Origin: an uncultured Rickettsiales bacterium
GTDB taxonomy: Bacteria; Pseudomonadota; Alphaproteobacteria; Rickettsiales; JABCZZ01
Direction of reading: 5' to 3'
Assembly (NCBI GenBank): GCA_964454545.1
Contig: CAYVTI010000003.1
Coordinates: 6,676-70,675, forward strand
DNA: 64,000 nucleotides
Under the pieces are notes generated by a model. The model saw only the letters and a list, made by a program, of their open reading frames with translations. It ran no database searches and had not been told where the DNA came from. Made by a program: the position numbers and the translations under genes. Below, piece by piece: positions 14,492-23,891 of the stretch (its first letter is position 1; every line of letters starts with the position of its first letter).

Positions 14492-16369
14492 ATGACGACC
14501 GAACAATTCTCCAACCTGGCGCAGACGACGCTCGCCAGCACCGTTAGCGCGGGCGCGACTTCGCTTATCGTGGCATCCGCCTCCGGATTTCCTGCGGGCG
14601 GGCAATTCCGCATCGTCATCGATCAGGAAATATTCCTGGTGACGGCGGTTTCCGGCGTTACTTTTACCGTGACTCCGGGGTATGAGGGCACGATGCAGGC
14701 CGCTCATGCGGGCGGCGCTGCGGTGGCGCACATTCTTACTGCCGGGGTGATCTCGCAGATATACAATAACGCGCTTAATTTCGCCACGCCGCGTATTCAG
14801 GCATTCGGCGATTCGCGTGCTTCCTACTGTGGCCTTAACGTCAACCAGTCGAGTTCGACGTTTGCCAACCCGGCGATGGAATATCCAAACCGCTCGCCGG
14901 TTGCCTGGGCTAACCGCTTCCTGCGCGGGCGGCTCAACTTCGATCTGACGCTTGGCTATATCGGCCAGTTTCAGGCGGTGTGCAGCGTGAAAGTGGTGAA
15001 TGGCGGCTCCAATTACACGTCGCCTTCGGTGTCATTTTCCGGCAGCGGCACAGGGCTTACCTTTGGCGCTCCGGTAGTATCGGGCGGGGTCATCAAAAGC
15101 GTGCCGGTGACGGCGCAAGGCATCAATTTTACCTCGCTGCCCACGTTGAGCGTGAGCGACTCCACCGGATCAGGCGCGGTATTGCAGGCCGTTATCGGCG
15201 GCACGGGAACATTCGGCGTCGCCGGGGAGACTACGATGCAGTGCGTCAACCGCCTGTCCGATATCGCTTCGGTGGCGGCGGATATCGTGTTTGTCTGCAT
15301 AGGCACTAATGACATTACCAACGGCGTTTCCGCGGCAACTACAAAGGCCAACCTGCAGACGATATTCGATACGTTAATTGCAGCGGGGAAGATGGTCGTC
15401 TATTGTCCGGATCAGGCGCGCAGCTACTGGGCATCGCTTACCGGCAGCCAAATCACCAACGCCCGCCACCAGATGTATAATGTGAAGCGCTGGGCATACC
15501 AGTACGCATTGCTTGCGAACGGCAAGAACCCGAACGGCAACAGGAAAATCATTATCTGCGACGCGGAGGATTTCTGGGCGGATGCGACAAGCAGCACTGG
15601 CAATCCGCTTTCGCTCATGACCTCCGATGGCCTGCACTGGTCGACCGCGAGCGCGCAGGCGATGGGGCTGAGACTTGCGCAGCAATTGCAGCCGCTGCTG
15701 GGACTCTCGGGGCCTGCCATGATCATAAGCCAGGTGGATGGGTACGATGCGACCTATAATCCCGATGGCGCGCTCAATTTCGGCTGGCTGATGAATGCCA
15801 CTCCCGGCACGCCTACAGCACCGGTTACCGGAAGCATCGCCGGAAATTTCAGCGCATTCCGCAGCTCCGGCTCGGCGACCGGCACGATGGCGGGTTCCAT
15901 CGAATCGGTACGCACGGACGGCTTAAGCGGCAACCGGCAGGTGTTCACGTTTTCACTCGGCAGCGGCACGAGCAGCGAGCAATATAATTTCGGCATCACG
16001 AGCAGCGCGATTTCATCCTATAATATCAGCGTTGGCGATACGATCAGCGTCGAATGCGACATGTGGCTTTCGGGGCAGGCGAACGTGAACCGCCTGCTGC
16101 TGCAAATCAACTTCACCCAAAGCGGCACGACGGCTATGCAGGCGATGGACGGCGACAATGTCACCGATAAATTCATCGCCTCCGGCGCGTATATGGCGAT
16201 TGCCGGGGATACAAATCCGATGACTTTCCGCACGCCGCCGGTCATTGTTCCCTCCGGCGCCGATCATTTGACCTGCTATGCTATCATTGGTTTTGACGCA
16301 AGCGGCGGCGCAGGCTCAGCGACCGCTACATGGAAGATCGGGAATTTCAGGATAAGAAAAGTGGTGTAG
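14492..16369 (+). CDS. Tail fibre / tail spike with an SGNH (GDSL) esterase domain
   Basis: 625 aa from ATG 14492 (ORF opens at 14459). Fibre-type N-terminus MTTEQFSNLAQTTLASTVSAGATSLIV. SGNH blocks AFGDSRAS, VCIGTNDI and SDGLHWS. Confidence 0.7.
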   Translation: MTTEQFSNLAQTTLASTVSAGATSLIVASASGFPAGGQFRIVIDQEIFLVTAVSGVTFTVTPGYEGTMQAAHAGGAAVAHILTAGVISQIYNNALNFATPRIQAFGDSRASYCGLNVNQSSSTFANPAMEYPNRSPVAWANRFLRGRLNFDLTLGYIGQFQAVCSVKVVNGGSNYTSPSVSFSGSGTGLTFGAPVVSGGVIKSVPVTAQGINFTSLPTLSVSDSTGSGAVLQAVIGGTGTFGVAGETTMQCVNRLSDIASVAADIVFVCIGTNDITNGVSAATTKANLQTIFDTLIAAGKMVVYCPDQARSYWASLTGSQITNARHQMYNVKRWAYQYALLANGKNPNGNRKIIICDAEDFWADATSSTGNPLSLMTSDGLHWSTASAQAMGLRLAQQLQPLLGLSGPAMIISQVDGYDATYNPDGALNFGWLMNATPGTPTAPVTGSIAGNFSAFRSSGSATGTMAGSIESVRTDGLSGNRQVFTFSLGSGTSSEQYNFGITSSAISSYNISVGDTISVECDMWLSGQANVNRLLLQINFTQSGTTAMQAMDGDNVTDKFIASGAYMAIAGDTNPMTFRTPPVIVPSGADHLTCYAIIGFDASGGAGSATATWKIGNFRIRKVV

Positions 16370-16446
16370 CGAGTAAGGAGTCGCGAATTGCGCGGGTATG
16401 TGGAGGAGCGTTAGCGACGCCCCCTTGCAATAAAGAATAATCCTAT

Positions 16447-16914
16447 ATGATACTTTCAGCCAATTACGCAGCCTCACCCTATGGCAGCATTGCCTACGGC
16501 GCACGCGGCCAGGCAAACTATGCGAGCGCCACCAGCGACGCCGTTACGGGTGCAGATGCGCTTGCTGCCATTGCGGCATGTGTATCTTCCACCGCCGAGG
16601 CGGTTACAGGCAGTGATAGTATTTCCGCGATTGCAGCCTTCTATCCAGGCTTTGCCGAATCGGTCACGGGCAGCGATCTGCTTGCGTTGATACTATATGC
16701 AAGCGATCAGATACGCAGCCTGATAACGGCGGCTGATTTCGGCGCTTCCTATATATTCCATCCTGCGGACGTATTCGATGCGCAAGAATACAGGATGTTC
16801 AACGTCCCGGCAGAAAAACGGGCAGGGACGGCAGAGTTGCACGCGCCTGTATCTGTAAACGCGGAGAACCGGCAGGCGGCGGCAAATCCGGAAAACAGGA
16901 ATTTCAAGGCATGA
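16447..16914 (+). CDS. Phage hypothetical protein (155 aa) with internal AVTG-x-D-x3-AIAA repeats
   Basis: ATG start. Three repeats: DAVTGADALAAIAA, EAVTGSDSISAIAA and ESVTGSDLLALIL. It follows the fibre gene. Confidence 0.5.
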   Translation: MILSANYAASPYGSIAYGARGQANYASATSDAVTGADALAAIAACVSSTAEAVTGSDSISAIAAFYPGFAESVTGSDLLALILYASDQIRSLITAADFGASYIFHPADVFDAQEYRMFNVPAEKRAGTAELHAPVSVNAENRQAAANPENRNFKA

Positions 16915-17000
16915 AAGCGGTGATCAGTGACCCGTGGTTTGCAATGGTTACTGATCGCTGGACACTCTCCGCATCGTTTCAGCCACCATAGGAGTATATT

Positions 17001-17297
17001 ATGAGCATGATCGGCACCAAAACGCCTGACGAAATAAAAGACTATTCACTCGACTGGTCAAAGGACATCGGCACCGATGTCATAGCGAATAGCGCAAACA
17101 GCGCATGGACGGTTTCGCCCTCCGACGTAACCATCACCCAGAGTTCGCTTGCCTCGAACGGTACGCTTACGACCGTGTGGGTATCGGGCGGGACGATAGG
17201 GCAGGCATACCAGGTGAAGAACCGTATTGTGACCACATCCGGGCGCAATCTGACTAAGGTGTTCAGGCTGCTGGTAGTGGGGAGTAATTATCTTTAA
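17001..17297 (+). CDS. Small virion protein, fibre-tail adaptor-like (98 aa)
   Basis: GGAG SD. N-terminal KTPDEIKDYSLDWSKDIG motif, as seen in phage fibre-adaptor type proteins. Confidence 0.45.
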   Translation: MSMIGTKTPDEIKDYSLDWSKDIGTDVIANSANSAWTVSPSDVTITQSSLASNGTLTTVWVSGGTIGQAYQVKNRIVTTSGRNLTKVFRLLVVGSNYL

Positions 17298-17358
17298 CTC
17301 GAGGTGTCAGGTTCTGGCTGGCACCCGGCATCTGGTTCCTGAATCCTTACGTAATCAT

Positions 17359-17733
17359 ATGATCGCATTTATCCTGAATCTTCTCCGGCAGCACTGGCTC
17401 GGCGTTGCTGAAATTATCCTGCTTGCCGCTCTTGCCGTCCAGCATGTGGAAATTGGGCATTTACGTAACAGAATGGCCGGGTACAGGGAAGAAAACCGGA
17501 TGCTTTCTGATTCCAACAGGCGTCTTTCCGGCATGCTGGCAAAACAGAACCAGGCGATTTTTGCACTGCAAAATGAAGCGGAAAGAAAGAGCCGTGCAGC
17601 TGCCAGATCGCTTGCGCATGCCCGTATTTCCATGCAGAGGCGTGCCTTCATCGCAGAGAAATTGAAAGCGCGTAAAATGACCGGTGACGAATGCGCGGAT
17701 GTGCTCATGCTGCTTAACAACTATTTCAAATAA
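17359..17733 (+). CDS. Putative i-spanin (Rz-like)
   Basis: 124 aa. N-terminal TM segment LGVAEIILLAALAV, then a coiled-coil region rich in R/E/Q. It is immediately followed by a lipoprotein gene. Confidence 0.5.
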   Translation: MIAFILNLLRQHWLGVAEIILLAALAVQHVEIGHLRNRMAGYREENRMLSDSNRRLSGMLAKQNQAIFALQNEAERKSRAAARSLAHARISMQRRAFIAEKLKARKMTGDECADVLMLLNNYFK

Positions 17734-17743
17734 AGGATGGAAC

Positions 17744-18001
17744 ATGCAAAAAGGAATGCTCATATCGCTCTTCATGCTTGCTGCATGCCAGCAGAGGCCG
17801 CCGGTGGGGGAGCCGGTCATTGCCGATATTCCCGTCCTGGTCTCGTGCCATGCGCGTGCGGTTACCGAGCCGGACTGGAACGTGCCGCATGTGGCAAAAG
17901 GGGCGGGAGCATCCGAGAAGCTCAAGGCAGTGCTTGCCGATTTGGAGCTCAGCAAAGGGTATGCGGAGGAACTGAAGGCTGAACTGGAGGGGTGCAGCTG
18001 A
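17744..18001 (+). CDS. Putative o-spanin (Rz1-like lipoprotein)
   Basis: 85 aa from ATG 17744 (ORF opens at 17684). Lipobox LFMLAAC, a Pro-rich segment and a C-terminal Cys (EGCS). Confidence 0.5.
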   Translation: MQKGMLISLFMLAACQQRPPVGEPVIADIPVLVSCHARAVTEPDWNVPHVAKGAGASEKLKAVLADLELSKGYAEELKAELEGCS

Positions 18002-18032
18002 TTTCTTCTTTGTTGAATTTATAATGGACTTA

Positions 18033-18067
18033 AAGGGCAACACCGCGAGGTGTTGCCCTTTTTTATT
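18033..18067 (+). terminator. Intrinsic terminator closing the phage + strand genes
   Basis: 12-bp stem AAGGGCAACACC-GCGA-GGTGTTGCCCTT followed by TTTTATT. Confidence 0.7.
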
Positions 18068-18073
18068 GTATTC

Positions 18074-18099
18074 AAAAAAACCTCCACCTAGGGTGGAGG
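18074..18099 (-). terminator. Intrinsic terminator for the minus-strand cassette 18991-18120
   Basis: Read on the minus strand: CCTCCACC-CTA-GGTGGAGG followed by T7 (the + strand shows A7 at 18074-18080). Confidence 0.6.
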
Positions 18100-18119
18100 A
18101 TTGGCAAAGTTATTTGCCT

Positions 18120-18362
18120 TCAGGAATATTGCTTTTTTATCGCGTCGGTAACTTCTTTCGGCGGGTTTTCGCCCCAGCCGGATTCGAGCACTTTGCCGTA
18201 TTCGGAAACATCGATATTTCCGGTCTTAAGCGCCTGCTGGAAAATGGGCAGCTTTATTTTGTCAATAAGCACATAGTGCCATGCAGGTTTTCCTGCATCC
18301 TTACCCCTGACAAGGTAAACCAGATCGCCCTTGGAACTTTGTACTTTCTCGGTAAATGCCAT
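18120..18362 (-). CDS. 80-aa hypothetical protein, paralogue of 12383-12625
   Basis: Starts 5 nt after the upstream 207-aa gene. Same conserved pattern as the other copy (GKDAGKPAWHYVL..KLPIF..DVSEYG..GWGENPP). Confidence 0.55.
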   Translation of the reverse strand: MAFTEKVQSSKGDLVYLVRGKDAGKPAWHYVLIDKIKLPIFQQALKTGNIDVSEYGKVLESGWGENPPKEVTDAIKKQYS

Positions 18363-18367
18363 CCCTC

Positions 18368-18991
18368 TTACATACTCTTCTGCAATGGCTGTTGTACAGC
18401 GATTTCTGCCACCGGAGCCCTGACTTCCGTTGCGGGTTTTTTCCTCTCATGCTGATATCGTATTGCGGTATTTGATATTTCTTCCTGATTCTGCTGGACA
18501 AATTGCTGAATGGGCCAGGATTGCCCGGCTATGGCGCCGGTAAGCGCTATGGTCTCGTCATATTTTCCAGACGTGAGCAGGTTATCCATGCTAAATGCCT
18601 GATTTCCCTCGGCAGTCTTGTTAGCGAATTTGAGTATCTGGTGCAGGGCGAGAATGGCACCCCTGAATTCAGCAATGGTGTTCCAAGGCAGGGCAGCGAA
18701 ATCTTTTTCTACGTTATTCAACTCTCTCTTATTGTCTTGCATTGTATCAAAGAAGCTTGCAAGTCCTATGACGCTGCGCAACTGATTGGGCAATGCAGCG
18801 ATGATGTCGCCTGCTATGGCAATGTCTGGCTGGGGCGGATATTGCTGCGTAAGCCGGATGATTTCCTCTTTTTCCTGTGGAGGTATTTGGGCAAGAAGCG
18901 GCAGCAATTTTGTGCTGTTTTCCAAAGTTTCGTTAAGGGCTGGCACAATGGCGCTGTATTTTTCCGTCAATGCTGGGACTGCGTCTGCCAT
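18368..18991 (-). CDS. Hypothetical protein (207 aa), N-terminus MADAV
   Basis: Strong SD AGGAGGAA. Helical, Gln/Pro-rich. No family recognised. Confidence 0.5.
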   Translation of the reverse strand: MADAVPALTEKYSAIVPALNETLENSTKLLPLLAQIPPQEKEEIIRLTQQYPPQPDIAIAGDIIAALPNQLRSVIGLASFFDTMQDNKRELNNVEKDFAALPWNTIAEFRGAILALHQILKFANKTAEGNQAFSMDNLLTSGKYDETIALTGAIAGQSWPIQQFVQQNQEEISNTAIRYQHERKKPATEVRAPVAEIAVQQPLQKSM

Positions 18992-19060
18992 ATATTCCTC
19001 CTGTGATTAAGGCCCGACAATCCTAACAAAAGCCTATCAGAAATGAAAGTTACGGTTTTA

Positions 19061-19747
19061 TTACGGGCTGTTACCGATACCGGCGATGCCCAGTATGACA
19101 TCGCGGAAAAGGTCGGCGGGTAGGTATATCAGGTAATAGGCGGGGTTGATATGCATAAGCCCGGCTTCGCGCATGAAGGCGGGCAGGAGGAACAAAAATA
19201 ATATGATGATCATGCCGTAAGGTTCGGTTTTCATATAGGCATTCGCTAATTTGCGCGGCAGGAGCGATCCCAATATCCGCCCCCCGTCCAGCGGCAGGAC
19301 GGGCAGCAGGTTGAAAATTGCAAGCACTACGTTGACCGTTACCGAGTTATAGAGATTCATGAAGGTCCACGGCGCTTTTTCAGGGCTTATAAACGTGTCG
19401 ATATGCAGCGCGAGTGCGCTGATGAGCGCCAGTGCGATATTGGTAAGCGGTCCGGCGGCGGCGACCAGCAGCGTATCGCGGCGGGGGTTATGAAGGCGGT
19501 CGAACCGTACCGGAACTGGTTTCGCCCAGCCGAGCAGAATAGGAGAGCCGGTGAGCAGCATCAGCCCTGGAAGGATGAGGGTGCCGAACAATTCTATATG
19601 CCGGAGCGGATCAAAGCTGACGCGGCCCATGATCCGGGCGGTATTGTCTCCCAGCTTGTCCGCGACGTAGCCATGCGCCGCCTCATGCATGGTGATGGCC
19701 AGTATGAGCGGTATGATGAATGAAGATACTTCGATGAATTGCTGCAT
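19061..19747 (-). CDS. Site-2 protease family (M50) zinc metalloprotease
   Basis: HEAAHGYVADKLGD (HExxH) near the N-terminus, multiple TM segments and the LPVLPLDGGRIL motif. Confidence 0.8.
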   Translation of the reverse strand: MQQFIEVSSFIIPLILAITMHEAAHGYVADKLGDNTARIMGRVSFDPLRHIELFGTLILPGLMLLTGSPILLGWAKPVPVRFDRLHNPRRDTLLVAAAGPLTNIALALISALALHIDTFISPEKAPWTFMNLYNSVTVNVVLAIFNLLPVLPLDGGRILGSLLPRKLANAYMKTEPYGMIIILFLFLLPAFMREAGLMHINPAYYLIYLPADLFRDVILGIAGIGNSP

Positions 19748-19822
19748 AATTGAGTGTACTTGTTGTTGGTTGTGAGCCGCCAGTTACTTGTTATTGATAT
19801 TCAAATAACCAACAACGCATGA

Positions 19823-20830
19823 CTAACAACTATCGGCCAGCCTTTCCGCTTCCATGTAATCGAACTTCCCTGGCTTCTTCAGCTGCGCCAGCGCATGTTC
19901 GAAACGCCTCTCCGTCTTGCCTTCAAGGAAGGTGAGCGCGCCTGCGATCTTCCGCATTTCATCCATCTTTCCGTTGCAGTGCAACACAATATCGCACCCG
20001 GCCGCAAGACTCATGCGTGTGACATTATCCAGATTGCCGCTCAGCGCTTTCATGGACAGATCGTCTGACATCAGGAGTCCGTCAAAGCCGATTTCCCTGC
20101 GGATGAGATCAATGGCCTTGGGTGACAAGGTCGCAGGCCTTTCAGAGTCAATGGCAGTATAGAGTATGTGCGCCGTCATTCCAAGCGGTAAGTGCGCAAG
20201 CGCTTTGAAAGGGATGAAGTCGCTTCTCTGCAGCTCCGCGAGGGATTCCTCTACGATCGGCAGGCTTTCGTGGCTATCCGCACGCGCGCGGCCATGACCG
20301 GGGATATGTTTCAGCACCGGCAGCACGCCGCCTTCCAGCAGTCCTGCAGCCATTGCTGACGCCAGTATGCTCACCTGATGGGGATCGTCGCCAAAAGCGC
20401 GGTCGCCGATGATGTCATGCGCGTTTCTTACGGGAACGTCGGCGAGCGGGGCGCAGTCGACGTTGATGCCAAGCCCGTACAGTTCGCGTGCAATCAAACG
20501 CGCGTTGGCGTACACAGTCTGCTTTCCCTTTCCAATGGATATATCGGCGATCTCGGCAAAAAATCCAGCGGGAGGAAACTTGCGCCAATGGGGAGGCTTT
20601 AGCCTTGCCACCCGGCCGCCTTCCTGATCGATGAGGATAAGCACATCTTCGCGTTGCAGCAATTCGCGCAGGGATTTGACGAGGCTCTTTACCTGATCCG
20701 GCGATTCACAATTGCGCGTAAATAAGATGAAACCCAGCGGGTTCACTTCGGAAAAGAAACGTTTCTCTTCTTCTGTAAGCGTATGACTTTCAAGGCCGAA
20801 TATGGCAGAGGTGATCATGCCCAAGGTCAT
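19823..20830 (-). CDS. nagZ: Beta-N-acetylhexosaminidase
   Basis: GH3 NagZ blocks IDQEGGRVARL, KHIPGHGRA and MSDDLSM. Start ATG 20830 forms an ATGA overlap with the SPOR gene stop (ORF opens at 20851). Confidence 0.85.
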   Translation of the reverse strand: MTLGMITSAIFGLESHTLTEEEKRFFSEVNPLGFILFTRNCESPDQVKSLVKSLRELLQREDVLILIDQEGGRVARLKPPHWRKFPPAGFFAEIADISIGKGKQTVYANARLIARELYGLGINVDCAPLADVPVRNAHDIIGDRAFGDDPHQVSILASAMAAGLLEGGVLPVLKHIPGHGRARADSHESLPIVEESLAELQRSDFIPFKALAHLPLGMTAHILYTAIDSERPATLSPKAIDLIRREIGFDGLLMSDDLSMKALSGNLDNVTRMSLAAGCDIVLHCNGKMDEMRKIAGALTFLEGKTERRFEHALAQLKKPGKFDYMEAERLADSC

Positions 20831-21828
20831 TTGCCTTTTGCCAGGAAACACCCTTGGCCGCTGGCCACCATCGTCACGCAGAGCGACTCGGCTTCCTGCG
20901 CGGTGCTGAACGGCGCGGCCTGCAGCCGGTAGAAGACCTTGCCGTTTACCGTGACACGGACGATATAATGCTGCTTGCCGCCCATTTCATCTGCGAACTG
21001 GCTCGCAATTTTCGCCCATATCTTTTCCGCTTCCGCTTCGGACCTGAGCGCGCCGAGCTGTATGCGTATTTTAGGCAGTTTGGATGCGTCCGCCGCGCTC
21101 GCAGCTTTGGTCTCTGCGGGGGCAGGCTTTGCAGGAACCGCTTTCTCAGCCACCGGCTTTTCCGTTACCTGTTCCGGCTCCGGCGCTGTCTTGGCCGCCT
21201 GCGGCTGGGCTGCTGGTGCGGCCTTCGCTTCTGCTTTGGGTTCCGCTTTTTGTTCTTGCGCTACGGGCGTGGCAGGTTGCTCGATGATGGCCGACGGCGT
21301 GTTATCGGCCGTCTTCATTTCTTTTATTCTGGCAGGGTTGAACTGCCCGGTCTCTCTGGCCTTATCCGGATGATCCGCGGCTACGGTTTCCTTTACCGGC
21401 GGCACATTGACGGATTTCGAGGGCTTTGCGGCATTTGCATTTTCCGCTTCCTTGCCATCTATCTTGCTATTCGTCCAGGTTTCGGCCTCGCCCTGGGCTA
21501 CCGCCGGTTCTTCTGTCGGCGGAACAATGCGCTCGACAACCTGGTTCTCCGGTTTGTTGTTTATCAGGCCGTACACAGTCTTATCCTGATTCGGGATCTG
21601 CATGCCGCCCGGATTGGCGGGGACTTCCTTGACCGGGGTTTTATCCACTTTCACAAGCTCGACATCCTTGTCGTCGACGTTTTCGCCGCTTTTATACGCA
21701 TACCATGCGAGGCCGAAGAAGCCGCCGAGCGCAAAGAGCACCACCGCCGTCTGGAGCCAGCGGAAAATGCCGCTGCTTTCCATTTCTTCCTCATTGTAAT
21801 CCAGATCGTCATCGATATCAGCCATCAC
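20827..21828 (-). CDS. SPOR domain-containing protein
   Basis: N-terminal TM segment, a low-complexity Ala/Pro/Glu/Lys linker and a C-terminal SPOR-like block [34 protein letters not shown] overlap with the argS stop. Confidence 0.75.
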   Translation of the reverse strand: MMADIDDDLDYNEEEMESSGIFRWLQTAVVLFALGGFFGLAWYAYKSGENVDDKDVELVKVDKTPVKEVPANPGGMQIPNQDKTVYGLINNKPENQVVERIVPPTEEPAVAQGEAETWTNSKIDGKEAENANAAKPSKSVNVPPVKETVAADHPDKARETGQFNPARIKEMKTADNTPSAIIEQPATPVAQEQKAEPKAEAKAAPAAQPQAAKTAPEPEQVTEKPVAEKAVPAKPAPAETKAASAADASKLPKIRIQLGALRSEAEAEKIWAKIASQFADEMGGKQHYIVRVTVNGKVFYRLQAAPFSTAQEAESLCVTMVASGQGCFLAKGK

Positions 21829-23609
21829 CGCATCTCCTCTAATGGTTCAACGCCAAGCACCGAAAGCCCGCTGGCAATAACCGTAGCACATGCGCGTACA
21901 AGTGCAAGTCTTGCCGCAGTCAAATCCACAGCGTCTTTCTGGATAAAGCGAAGCGACACGTCGCCGTTGCCGAGATTCCACAGGCTATGGAATTCCGCCG
22001 CCAGATCCTGCAGGTAAAACGCGATGCGGTGCGGTTCGCAGGCGTTCGCCGCCGCTTCAATCTGCCTGGGGAAAGAGGCCAGCAGGCGGACAAGTCCGGT
22101 TTCCGCCGGGTGGGTAAGCAGGGCAAGCTGCGCTTCCGTCGGGCTTTCGGAGAACGCCCAGGCAACGCCTGCTTCTTCTTTTGCGATGCGCAATGCCGAT
22201 TTTGCCCGCGCATGCGCATACTGCACGTAAAACACCGGATTATCCTTCGACTGTTCCGTGACTTTCTCGAAATCGAAATCGAGCATGGCATCATTCTTAC
22301 GGGTGAGCATGATGAAGCGGAACACGCCACGGCCGACTTCGTCCACCACTTCGCGCGCCGTGACAATGGTACCTCTGCGCTTGGACATCTTGACCTGCTC
22401 GCCTCCGCGGGAGAGGTTTACCATCTGGCAGAGCTTTATCTCCAGTTTCGCCTCGCCCTTGCTGAGCGCTTTTACCGCTGCCTGCAGGCGCTTCACATAG
22501 CCGCCATGATCGGCGCCGAATACATTCACCATCAGTTTGAATCCGCGCCTGAATTTATCGTAATGGTAAGCAATGTCGGGGGCGAAATAGGTCCAACTGC
22601 CATCGGATTTTTTGATCGGGCGATCGACGTCATCGCCGAACGCGGTAGATCGGAAAAGAGTCTGTTCCCTCGGTTCCCAGTCCTCCGGCGCTTTGCCTTT
22701 GGGCGCTTCGAGGATGCCGGTATAGATGAGGCCTTCCTTCTCAAGCACGTCAAGCGCCTCCTCAATCTTTCCTTTTGCCGTGAGTTCGCGCTCGGAAGTG
22801 AATACGTCATGCACAATGCCCAGCTGGGCAAGATCGTCCCTGATAAGCACCAGCATGGATTCTATGGCGAATGTCCGGATGGTCTTCAGCCAGTCCTCCT
22901 CCGGTCGCAATTCGTAGGAACCATCGGCCTTTTTCTGCGCGAATTTATCGCCGTAATTGACTTTGAGCGCTTCGCCTACCGGGATGAGATAGTCTCCCGG
23001 ATAATAAGCGGCGATTTTTTCTTCCGAAACCTGCTCGCCCAGCGCCTGAAGATAGCGAAGCCCGACGGCGCGCGCCAGCTTATCCACCTGCGCCCCGGCG
23101 TCATTTACGTAATATTCCTTGGTCACGCTGAACCCGGCCTTGAGCAACAGCATGGAGAGCGCATCCCCGTACACGGCGCCGCGCCCGTGCCCCACATGCA
23201 TCGGCCCCGTGGGGTTCGCCGAAACATATTCGACGTTTATTTGCTGTGACTTCCCAATCGCGGAATTGCCGTAGCTGTTTCCCTCCTTCAGTATCACGCT
23301 TATGATCCGAAGCCAGAAGGACGGACGGAAGTTGATGTTGATAAATCCTGGCCCCGCGATGGCAACCGATGCGACATCGGGCAGTTTTTTCAGTCGCTCT
23401 GCCAGCAGATCGGCAAGCTCACGCGGTTTTTTGCCTGCTTTTCCGGCAAGAATCATGGCGGCGTTCGTCGCCATATCCCCATGCCCTGCCTCGCGTGGAG
23501 GCATCACATCCACGGCATCAACCGGCAGCCCGGAGGGTAAAAGGCGCTCGTTCTGCAATTGGCTGATAATGTGCAATATTTCCGATTTTACCGCGCTAAA
23601 TACGTTCAT
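21825..23609 (-). CDS. argS: Arginine--tRNA ligase
   Basis: 594 aa. Class I motifs [14 protein letters not shown] (HIGH) and KMSKRRG (KMSKS). Confidence 0.95.
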   Translation of the reverse strand: MNVFSAVKSEILHIISQLQNERLLPSGLPVDAVDVMPPREAGHGDMATNAAMILAGKAGKKPRELADLLAERLKKLPDVASVAIAGPGFININFRPSFWLRIISVILKEGNSYGNSAIGKSQQINVEYVSANPTGPMHVGHGRGAVYGDALSMLLLKAGFSVTKEYYVNDAGAQVDKLARAVGLRYLQALGEQVSEEKIAAYYPGDYLIPVGEALKVNYGDKFAQKKADGSYELRPEEDWLKTIRTFAIESMLVLIRDDLAQLGIVHDVFTSERELTAKGKIEEALDVLEKEGLIYTGILEAPKGKAPEDWEPREQTLFRSTAFGDDVDRPIKKSDGSWTYFAPDIAYHYDKFRRGFKLMVNVFGADHGGYVKRLQAAVKALSKGEAKLEIKLCQMVNLSRGGEQVKMSKRRGTIVTAREVVDEVGRGVFRFIMLTRKNDAMLDFDFEKVTEQSKDNPVFYVQYAHARAKSALRIAKEEAGVAWAFSESPTEAQLALLTHPAETGLVRLLASFPRQIEAAANACEPHRIAFYLQDLAAEFHSLWNLGNGDVSLRFIQKDAVDLTAARLALVRACATVIASGLSVLGVEPLEEMR

Positions 23610-23891
23610 ACTATGACAGAAGATTATAAAGGGTTCATGGTTAACTTATTGAAAAACATCATGATGTATGTCGCTATACTAGTGTTGTTTTTCAATATGT
23701 TAGCGTTCCGTCTACCTCACCGTGGGCAGTTATGCAACGATCTTTTTTCATCTCCCTGTTTTACAATGATAATCGGAGAGCGATTCCACGGCTTTGCTGG
23801 GATATTGTAATAAAAGTTTCATATGTAATTCATGCTCCCTAATGGTATATTTTAAGTCTGCGGTACAGAAAGAATAATTCATTCCGGAAAT

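Larger units (their letters stand above)
1..18070. mobile_element. Tail / tail-fibre / lysis end of a siphovirus-type prophage or GTA-like element, interrupted by cargo islands; the left part lies outside the window
   Basis: Co-directional + strand run of RcGTA g12/g13/g14/g15-like genes, two fibre genes, a holin-like gene, a GH24 endolysin and an i-/o-spanin pair. The run is closed by back-to-back terminators at 18033-18099. No integrase, att site or tRNA is visible in the window. Confidence 0.7.

Noticed and set aside
7700-16914. Diversity-generating retroelement or retron associated with the fibre genes and the structured RNA.
   Set aside because: No reverse-transcriptase-like ORF exists in the window. 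I found no template/variable repeat pair matching the 3' ends of the fibre genes.
16911-16991. 26-codon ORF (MKAVISDPWFAMVTDRWTLSASFQPP) starting with an ATGA overlap on the stop of 16447-16914.
   Set aside because: The coupling geometry is suggestive, but the ORF is too short and featureless to support as a gene from sequence alone.
23613-23810. Small hydrophobic ORF ([32 protein letters not shown]...) in the argS-upstream intergenic region.
   Set aside because: It lies in an AT-rich promoter region with no SD, and the sequence composition is typical of random AT-rich translation.
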